A DNA stretch of 64,000 bases from Candidatus Caccoplasma sp. (GTDB lineage: Bacteria; Bacteroidota; Bacteroidia; Bacteroidales; G3-4614): positions 20,316 to 84,315 of the forward strand of contig JAZLBW010000021.1 of the NCBI GenBank assembly GCA_045613905.1, given 5' to 3'. A program made the position numbers and the translations under genes. This document shows positions 57,738 through 64,000 of the stretch, one piece after another; the stretch's first letter is position 1; every line of letters starts with the position of its first letter. Below the pieces are notes generated by a model, which saw nothing but the letters and a program-made list of their open reading frames with translations, was not told the DNA's origin and did not search any database.

Positions 57738-59489
57738 TTATTGATATTTTTCGGAGTTAATATCTTTGACGGCTAATTGAAGTTGGTTTCTAATAGATCC
57801 AATACCATAGCCTTTAAGATTGTATTTCATCTCCTCTAATGTATAGCATATATCAAAAGGTTTGTTGGTTTTGATATGGTCGAAATGCTCTTTTTGATCA
57901 AATGCAATTCCATTTAAGATGTTGGCAGAACTGTCGTCTATCATCTCCAATTTAATATGTTTGCCGTCTTTACCAACCAATTTGCTATCTTGATAATCTC
58001 TTACATTGTGAGTCGCAAAAATAGGTTTTGTATTACCCGGCCCAAAAGGCGCAAGCTCCATAAGTTGTTTATGTAGGTCAAGAGTAATGTCTTTGAACGA
58101 AAGAACAGCGTCAATATCAATTTGAGGAACTGTCTGTTTTTTCTCGATATTCTCTTTTACATAATTCTCAAAACGCTCTACAAACAGAGGTATTTTCTCC
58201 TCTTTAAGAGAAAGTCCTGCAGCATAGGTGTGTCCTCCAAAACTCTCTAATAAATCTCTGCATGATTCAATTGCTTTGTAAATATCAAAGCCTTGAACAG
58301 AACGAGCCGAACCTGTCACAATCCCGTTTGAATATGCAAGCACAACCGCGGGTTTGTAGTATAGCTCAGTCAATCTTGATGCTACAATACCAATAATACC
58401 TCGTTTCCACGTGCGGTTATATATAACGATAGATTTGTATTTGTCTAAATCTTCCATTTTAGAGAGGATTTCATTAGCCTCTTCAGTAATGGTTTTATCA
58501 AGAGCTTTTCTCTCCTCGTTATATTGATTTATATTTTTACTGCGCTCTTTAGCTCCTTCAAAATCGGTTGACAAAAGAAGATCTACTGCCTCTTTGCCTT
58601 GTTCCATGCGTCCCGAAGCATTAATCCTTGGACCTATCTTGAAAACTATATCAGCTGTGTTTATCTGTTTGTTTTGCAATCCGCAAATATTTATAATACC
58701 TTTCAATCCATGGCTTGGTTTCTCGTTTAATCTTTTTAGTCCATGGTATGCAAGAATTCTGTTTTCTCCTATTATAGGAACAATATCAGAGGCAATACTC
58801 AATGCCACGAAATCGAGCAGAGGATATAAAGACGACTCATCTATGCCGTTATCTTTTGCAAAACCCTGCATAAATTTAAAACCCACACCACATCCCGAAA
58901 GTTCAGAAAACGGATAGTTTGAATTTTCTAATTTGGGATTCAAAATAGCTACGGCATCCGGCAGTTTATTATCAGGAACATGGTGGTCGCATATAATAAA
59001 ATCAATGCCTTTGCTTTTTGCATACGCAACCTTGTCAATAGCTTTAATACCGCAATCCAAGGTTATAATTAACTTTACACCATTCTCGTATGCATAATCA
59101 ATGCTCTTCATCGAAATTCCATATCCCTCTTCGTATCTGTCGGGAATATAGTATTCAATGTTGAAACAATATGGTTTAAGATATTTATAAACCAAGGCTA
59201 CGGCAGTTGTGCCATCAACATCATAATCGCCGTAAACTAAAATTTTTTCCTTTTGGCCAATAGCAAAATTCAATCTCTCCACAGCTTCACTCATGCCGTC
59301 CATTAGGAACGGATCATGAAGATCAGATAATTGTGGCGAAAAGAACTTTTGAGCCTCTTCTGCATTTTTTACCCCCCGGAGAGCCAATAATTCGCAAATA
59401 ACGCGAGATAAGCCCAACTCCTTTATCAGGCTCTCTTTTATTTGCTGTTGTTGTTCTGTAAGAGGTAAGTAATTCCATTTACTTGTCAT
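57738..59489 (-). CDS. recJ: Single-stranded-DNA-specific exonuclease RecJ
   Basis: DHH motifs (YGDYDVDGTT, ITLDCG, ICDHHVP) and a DHHA1 region (GGHTYAAG). Confidence 0.94.
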   Translation of the reverse strand: MTSKWNYLPLTEQQQQIKESLIKELGLSRVICELLALRGVKNAEEAQKFFSPQLSDLHDPFLMDGMSEAVERLNFAIGQKEKILVYGDYDVDGTTAVALVYKYLKPYCFNIEYYIPDRYEEGYGISMKSIDYAYENGVKLIITLDCGIKAIDKVAYAKSKGIDFIICDHHVPDNKLPDAVAILNPKLENSNYPFSELSGCGVGFKFMQGFAKDNGIDESSLYPLLDFVALSIASDIVPIIGENRILAYHGLKRLNEKPSHGLKGIINICGLQNKQINTADIVFKIGPRINASGRMEQGKEAVDLLLSTDFEGAKERSKNINQYNEERKALDKTITEEANEILSKMEDLDKYKSIVIYNRTWKRGIIGIVASRLTELYYKPAVVLAYSNGIVTGSARSVQGFDIYKAIESCRDLLESFGGHTYAAGLSLKEEKIPLFVERFENYVKENIEKKQTVPQIDIDAVLSFKDITLDLHKQLMELAPFGPGNTKPIFATHNVRDYQDSKLVGKDGKHIKLEMIDDSSANILNGIAFDQKEHFDHIKTNKPFDICYTLEEMKYNLKGYGIGSIRNQLQLAVKDINSEKYQ

Positions 59490-59765
59490 TTATATATATT
59501 TTTATTTATTTTTCTCTCTCCGGCTGTGAAATTTTGCAATTTCATCATCATATGTCTCTATTTCCGTTAGTGGAAATTTGTATAGGTCAATGGCTTAAGA
59601 GCCAAAACTGATGACCTAAATAATATAAATATATGCTATTTGTTTAAAGCATACTATTAGCAATTTGTAAAGATATAAAAACTTATTCTAAAAAATAATT
59701 TTTAACCCATAAAATTTAATAAATAATTTTATGACTCAATTAAATTATATATTTTAGCAGTTGAA

Positions 59766-60617
59766 ATGAAAAGAATAATTGTAATAATTACAGTACAGGT
59801 TTTGTGTAGTCATATACTCTTTTCGCAAGAGTATAACAAGTTAGTGGAGAAATCGTTTGAGTGTATCGAGAACGAAGATTGGTCTTGTGCCGAAGATAAT
59901 ATAATTAAGGCATTAAAAGTTGAACCTGCAAATGCTCAAAACTCGTTATTGTTATCAAACTTGGGAACAATACAAAGGTATATGGGTAAAAGCGAGAGTG
60001 CAATAAAGTCATATACTAATGCTCTGATGATAACTCCGCGTTCTGTAACCATACTAAAAAACAGAGCTTCATTGTATGCTTCAATTGATAGTTTGGAAAG
60101 AGCAATTGCTGACTATTCTCAAGTTATAGCATTGGATTCAAAGGAAGAAGATGCTTTGTATAGAAGGGGATTAATCTATTTGCAGAAGCACGATACTCTT
60201 TCTGCGCGTTATGATTTTGAAGCACTATTAAAGATAAATCCCGATAGCCGTAATGCGTATATGGGTTTTGCATCATTAATGAAATATCGCAATTACTATG
60301 ATGAGGCAGTAAATATATATTCAAATATAATAAAATTGGATTCTAAGGATTTTGATGCCTATTTTGGGAGAGCAGAAGCCTATTTTTATTTGGGCAAAAT
60401 GGGAAAAGCTCGAGAGGATATAAAAAAGGCTTATGAGATTGACGATAAAGATCCTCTCCTCTATGTATTGCGTGCGAAAGTAGGGTGGGTTCAATTTGAG
60501 AGAGAGTCTGCAGAAAGAGACTTAAATAAAGCGGTAGAGTTGGGTTTCCCAAAAGAGGCAGCAGATAAGATATTGTCGGAGTTGCAGTCTGAGTTTAAGA
60601 AGAAGCGATTGAAATAA
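59766..60617 (+). CDS. Tetratricopeptide repeat protein (secreted)
   Basis: Signal peptide followed by about 6 TPR-like units (A..Y..AL...P.....N.G). Confidence 0.8.
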   Translation: MKRIIVIITVQVLCSHILFSQEYNKLVEKSFECIENEDWSCAEDNIIKALKVEPANAQNSLLLSNLGTIQRYMGKSESAIKSYTNALMITPRSVTILKNRASLYASIDSLERAIADYSQVIALDSKEEDALYRRGLIYLQKHDTLSARYDFEALLKINPDSRNAYMGFASLMKYRNYYDEAVNIYSNIIKLDSKDFDAYFGRAEAYFYLGKMGKAREDIKKAYEIDDKDPLLYVLRAKVGWVQFERESAERDLNKAVELGFPKEAADKILSELQSEFKKKRLK

Positions 60618-60633
60618 ATTCTTTATAAAAGAA

Positions 60634-60664
60634 AAAAGTTCTGATTTAAATCAGAACTTTTTCT
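60634..60664. terminator. Bidirectional terminator shared by the TPR gene and tRNA-Cys
   Basis: AAAAGTTCTGATTT / AAATCAGAACTTTT palindrome flanked by A and T tracts. Confidence 0.65.
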
Positions 60665-60666
60665 TG

Positions 60667-60737
60667 AGGTTCCTAGCAGATTCGAACTGCTGTAAACGGT
60701 TTTGCAGACCGGTGCCTAACCGCTCGGCCAAGGAACC
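60667..60737 (-). tRNA. tRNA-Cys (anticodon GCA)
   Basis: The minus strand reads GGTTCCT-TG-GCC-GAGCGGTTA-GGC-A-CCGGT-CTGCAAA-ACCGT-TTAC-AGCAG-TTCGAAT-CTGCT-AGGAACC-T. This gives a full cloverleaf with U33, anticodon GCA, A37, a TTCGAAT T-loop and the U73 discriminator typical of tRNA-Cys. No CCA is encoded. Confidence 0.92.
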
Positions 60738-60762
60738 AAATTCCTTTTTCTTAAAGGCAGTG

Positions 60763-60793
60763 CAAAGATAGTAAAAAAAATTGTCTAAACAAA
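60763..60793 (-). promoter_or_regulatory. Full-consensus Bacteroidota promoter for tRNA-Cys (TTTG-N19-TAtcTTTG)
   Basis: On the minus strand, TTTG (60790-93), a 19-nt spacer, then TATCTTTG (60763-70). The -7 box ends 25 nt upstream of the mature tRNA 5' end. Confidence 0.6.
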
Positions 60794-60877
60794 TATAAAT
60801 CGAAGAATATTTGATTTAAAAATATAAATCTTTGAACTTTCCTTTTCAAATGGTTGATATATAATATCTTGTCAATA

Positions 60878-61642
60878 TTATTTTTGTTTATTTACATATG
60901 ATTTTACCTCCTGCATCATATCCGAAGCAAATACAAATTCGTTAAATGCCTCGTCTGTTGATGCAAAAATTTCTTCTTTTGTACCTTTCCAACTTAAATG
61001 CCCCTTGTTTAAGAATATGATATTCTCTCCAATACCCATAACAGAGTTCATGTCGTGAGTGTTTATTATTGTTGTTATGTTATATTCGTGGGTGATGTCA
61101 TTGATGAGTTTATCAATAACCAAAGATGTTTTGGGGTCGATACCTGAGTTTGGTTCGTCACAAAACAAATATTTAGGATTAAGCGCGATAGCCCTTGCAA
61201 TAGCCGCACGTTTTTGCATACCTCCACTCAATTCAGATGGCAATAAATTGTGTGCACCCTTAAGGTTAACCCTTTCAAGACAAAACTCAGCTCTTTTCCT
61301 GCGTTCTGCGTAGCTTTGGTCGGTAAACATCAATAGAGGGAACATTACATTCTCAATAACGGTCATAGAGTCGAATAGGGCAGAACCTTGAAATAGCATG
61401 CCTATCTCTGCTCTTAATCCTTTTAGTTCATTGGGTTTGTATTTTAAAAAGTCTCTTCCGTCATATAGAATTTCTCCGCTATCAGGGCGTAACAATCCTA
61501 CAATAGATTTCATTAGAACAGTCTTTCCCGAACCACTTTGTCCTATTATAAGATTGGTTTTACCAGCATAGAATGTGGTTGATATATCGTGCAGGATTCT
61601 CTTTCCTTCAAAAGATTTTATAATATTTTTAACTTCAATCAT
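60878..61642 (-). CDS. ABC transporter ATP-binding protein, MlaF-like
   Basis: Walker A GQSGSGKT, signature LSGGMQKRAAIARAI and Walker B LFCDEP. Its start overlaps the stop of the MlaE-like permease gene (TAATG). Confidence 0.87.
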   Translation of the reverse strand: MIEVKNIIKSFEGKRILHDISTTFYAGKTNLIIGQSGSGKTVLMKSIVGLLRPDSGEILYDGRDFLKYKPNELKGLRAEIGMLFQGSALFDSMTVIENVMFPLLMFTDQSYAERRKRAEFCLERVNLKGAHNLLPSELSGGMQKRAAIARAIALNPKYLFCDEPNSGIDPKTSLVIDKLINDITHEYNITTIINTHDMNSVMGIGENIIFLNKGHLSWKGTKEEIFASTDEAFNEFVFASDMMQEVKSYVNKQK

Positions 61643-62403
61643 TATAATAAGATTTTAGTAAGTAAAACATCTAATAAAAGAATAGTTACACTGCTCACAA
61701 CAACAGCGTCTGTACTTGCTTTACCAACTTCAGTAGCACCACCTTTAACCGTATATCCATAGAACGACGCTACAGAAGATATAATGAATGCAAAGAATAT
61801 TGATTTTATTATAGAGTACCAAACATAAAATTCTATGAAGTACGCTTGTAGTCCATACACATATTTTGCAGGAGTGAATAAATCGGTAAATTGTCCTACC
61901 AAATATCCTCCTATAATACCGGTTGTCATACTAATGATAACCAAAAATGGGATAAAAGTTACTAATGCAGTAATCTTTGGCAATATCAAGAAGTTTGCAG
62001 AGTTTACACCCATAATCTCAAGAGCATCAATTTGCTCAGTTACCCTCATTGTGCCAATCTCAGAAGATATGCTTGAACCAACTTTACCTGCAAGAATAAG
62101 GGCCATAATGGTAGAGGAGAACTCCAATAATATGGTTTCTCGAGTTAACATGCCAATAGTGTATGAGGGGATAAAAGGTGAGGTTATGTTTTTTTGTGTT
62201 TGAATAGAAATAACAGCACCGATAAAAATAGAAATTGTAAAAACAATAGCTATAGAATCAAAGCCAAGTTTATAAACCTCGTCGATATATCTTCTGAAAA
62301 ATACTTTCCATTTATCGGGCGTGGTAAAAACCTTACCAAGGAGCATTATGTATCGTCCAAATTTGGCAAGATTGTTGAAAATAAAAATGTTGAGAAGTTT
62401 CAT
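61642..62403 (-). CDS. MlaE family ABC transporter permease
   Basis: About 253 aa from the ATG at 62401-62403 (MKLLNIFIFNNLAKFGRY...), with the typical MlaE length and transmembrane pattern. The track's extra 91 N-terminal codons are AT-rich junk running into the lptB promoter region. Confidence 0.85.
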   Translation of the reverse strand: MKLLNIFIFNNLAKFGRYIMLLGKVFTTPDKWKVFFRRYIDEVYKLGFDSIAIVFTISIFIGAVISIQTQKNITSPFIPSYTIGMLTRETILLEFSSTIMALILAGKVGSSISSEIGTMRVTEQIDALEIMGVNSANFLILPKITALVTFIPFLVIISMTTGIIGGYLVGQFTDLFTPAKYVYGLQAYFIEFYVWYSIIKSIFFAFIISSVASFYGYTVKGGATEVGKASTDAVVVSSVTILLLDVLLTKILL

Positions 62404-62562
62404 ATTATATATAATCTTCAAAAATACATTGGCAAAATTATAAAAAATATTGCAACTATGGTAGATAAAGTTAATATATATATACTTTTTAGAATATTTA
62501 TAATAGATATTATTTCGTAATAATTCAAATTTGTTTAATTTCGCATCATAAATCAAGATAAG

Positions 62563-63354
62563 ATGTCTCAAATCGAAAATAATAACGAACAACAGATAGC
62601 ATATACCGACGATATGATGGTACTGCGTACCGAAGGTTTGGTAAAAAAATATGGGCAAAGAGTTGTGGCAAACCATGTCTCTATTAACGTAAAACAGGGA
62701 GAGATTGTTGGTTTGTTAGGACCAAATGGTGCAGGTAAAACCACAACTTTTTATATGACCACAGGATTGGTGACTCCAAATGAAGGAAAAATATTTTTAA
62801 ATGATTTGGAGATAACCAAGTTTCCTGTATATAAAAGGGCACAACATGGAATTGGATATCTAGCACAAGAGGCATCGGTATTCCGAAAAATGAGTGTTGA
62901 AGATAATATATATTCAGTCCTTCAAATAGCAGAACCCGATAAAGCAAAGCAGCATCAGAAATTAGAGGAGTTGATAGCTGAGTTCCGTTTGGAGAAGGTT
63001 CGTAAGAATTTGGGAGACCAACTGTCTGGAGGAGAGAGACGTAGAACTGAAATTGCTCGTTGTTTGGCAATCGGACCCAAATTTATAATGTTAGACGAAC
63101 CTTTTGCAGGAGTTGACCCTATTGCGGTTGAGGATATTCAGTATATAGTATATAAACTTAAAGAGAAGAATATAGGAATTCTTATAACAGACCACAATGC
63201 TCCTGAGACATTGAGCATTACAGATAGAGCTTATCTGTTGTTTGAGGGTAAAATTTTGTTCCAAGGAACATCAGAAGAGTTGGCTGCAGATCCAATAGTA
63301 AGAGAAAAGTATTTAGGAAGAAACTTTATTTTCCATCGCAAACAATTCACGTAG
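62563..63354 (+). CDS. lptB: LPS export ABC transporter ATP-binding protein
   Basis: Walker [10 protein letters not shown], LptB-type signature [16 protein letters not shown], and Walker [11 protein letters not shown]. Confidence 0.9.
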   Translation: MSQIENNNEQQIAYTDDMMVLRTEGLVKKYGQRVVANHVSINVKQGEIVGLLGPNGAGKTTTFYMTTGLVTPNEGKIFLNDLEITKFPVYKRAQHGIGYLAQEASVFRKMSVEDNIYSVLQIAEPDKAKQHQKLEELIAEFRLEKVRKNLGDQLSGGERRRTEIARCLAIGPKFIMLDEPFAGVDPIAVEDIQYIVYKLKEKNIGILITDHNAPETLSITDRAYLLFEGKILFQGTSEELAADPIVREKYLGRNFIFHRKQFT

Positions 63355-63378
63355 AGGTAATTCAAATACGAAATAAAC

Positions 63379-63418
63379 AATTAACGGTAGATTTCTTTAC
63401 AGATATCTGCCGTTAATT
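63379..63418. terminator. Hairpin between the convergent lptB and LTA-synthase-like genes
   Basis: AATTAACGGTAGAT (63379-92) pairs with ATCTGCCGTTAATT (63405-18) with one U-G pair. There is no strong T-tract. Confidence 0.45.
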
Positions 63419-63432
63419 ATATATAAAAGCGA

Positions 63433-64000
63433 TTACTCAATTACTAAACTATTTGTTGTCATGCGCATTATATACTCTTGAATAATTGCCTTACATCTGC
63501 TAAGCATAGCAGACTCTTGAAAAGAATCACGTCCCAATAAATTATTCTTTAACAATATGTCTGTTTTATAGTTATATAAAGCAATAGGCTTATTGCCATC
63601 AAATTGCATCATGTAATCGCCATCAAAGAATTGATATATGCCACTATTGTAGTTTATAGCCCAATCTTCATAATTACAGCTCTTTAATAGATCTTTACCA
63701 AAGGCAAGGTATGGGTTAGGGTAGTTCAGATAGTTTAATACCGTGGGCATTATGTCAATTTGTTGAGCAACTCTGTTGTTGTCTCCGTTAATCTTTTCAC
63801 TTGGCATATAGAATATAATAGGAACTCTGAATAGCCCGGCATCAGTTAAATATTCTTCGTGTAACGATGCGTTTGTATGGTCTGCCGTAATGACAAACAG
63901 GGTATTCTTGTACCAATCCTGCTTTTTGGCAGTTTCAAAGAATTTCTTTAAAGCATTATCGGTGTATCTTACACACTTAAGTATGGGATGACCTTCTTCC
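63433..64000 (-). CDS. LTA synthase / sulfatase-like (alkaline phosphatase superfamily) protein, C-terminal part; N-terminus lies beyond the window end
   Basis: The minus-strand frame stays open upstream of the track's Met (63807) to the window edge: ...EEGHPILKCVRYTDNALKKFFETAKKQDWYKNTLFVITADHTNASLHEE...RVPIIFYMPSEKI. The ITADH motif and DIMPTVLNYL are typical of this family. Confidence 0.7.
   Translation of the reverse strand, partial: EEGHPILKCVRYTDNALKKFFETAKKQDWYKNTLFVITADHTNASLHEEYLTDAGLFRVPIIFYMPSEKINGDNNRVAQQIDIMPTVLNYLNYPNPYLAFGKDLLKSCNYEDWAINYNSGIYQFFDGDYMMQFDGNKPIALYNYKTDILLKNNLLGRDSFQESAMLSRCKAIIQEYIMRMTTNSLVIE

Noticed and set aside
59530-59625. Small hairpins upstream of recJ (TGAAATT/AATTTCA at ~59537-54; ATTTCC/GGAAAT at ~59561-80; TGGCT/AGCCA at ~59596-609) as a possible sRNA.
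   Set aside because: The stems are short (5-7 bp) and A/T-rich, with no flanking promoter box or U-tract. They are indistinguishable from chance structure in AT-rich DNA.
62404-62676. A 91-codon N-terminal extension of the MlaE permease ORF in the six-frame track.
   Set aside because: The extension is AT-rich, Tyr/Ile/Asn/Phe-rich junk that runs through the divergent lptB promoter region and past the lptB start. The ATG at 62401-62403 gives a canonical ~253-aa MlaE.
1-64000. A scan for mobile elements, prophage, restriction-modification, toxin-antitoxin protein pairs, CBASS/retron/Abi-type defence genes, and CRISPR-Cas.
   Set aside because: No ORF in either the track or the untracked edge frames shows integrase, transposase, reverse transcriptase, nuclease-ATPase or phage structural motifs. 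The gene content is overwhelmingly conserved housekeeping with short spacers.

Overview
The window is a low-GC chromosomal segment from a Bacteroidota (Bacteroidales-like) genome. The taxon call rests on a SusC/SusD pair, T9SS type A and type B C-terminal sorting domains, TAnnTTTG -7 promoter boxes, a long-form NusB and a DUF3276/PUR protein. About 90% of the window is tightly packed housekeeping genes: lon, maeB, nadE, miaA, ygiQ, uvrB, bamD-rpoZ, valS, ppdK, rlmD, uvrA, nusB-yajC-ybbR-coaE, recJ, tRNA-Cys, mlaFE and lptB.

The only accessory-looking block is 9.5-22.2 kb. It holds a secreted zinc metalloprotease, SusC, SusD, an internally duplicated T9SS-sorted beta-propeller-like protein and dipeptidyl-peptidase IV. 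I read it as a protein/peptide-directed PUL-like locus.

I found no CRISPR array, transposase, integrase, prophage, restriction-modification system or recognisable defence island. The most unusual non-genic signal is in the largest spacer (36.9-37.5 kb). It contains two tandem, diverged copies of a ~150-nt rod-like element with a shared 5' box, long-range 5'/3' pairing that includes G-U pairs on the + strand, and U-tract ends. One copy contains a 25-codon hydrophobic ORF. Both sit upstream of an orphan secreted FGE/C-type-lectin-fold protein.

Secondary curiosities:
- a 184-bp segment bounded by 21/22-bp inverted repeats, carrying an inward -7 promoter box, upstream of a surface lipoprotein gene (inverton or MITE candidate);
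- a TTGTTAG heptamer array that supplies stops in all six frames between convergent genes;
- a degenerate Nudix/IDI-like ORF coupled to miaA;
- a T9SS type-B cargo gene overlapping a lytic transglycosylase gene.

All functional calls come from reading motifs by eye. No searches were run.
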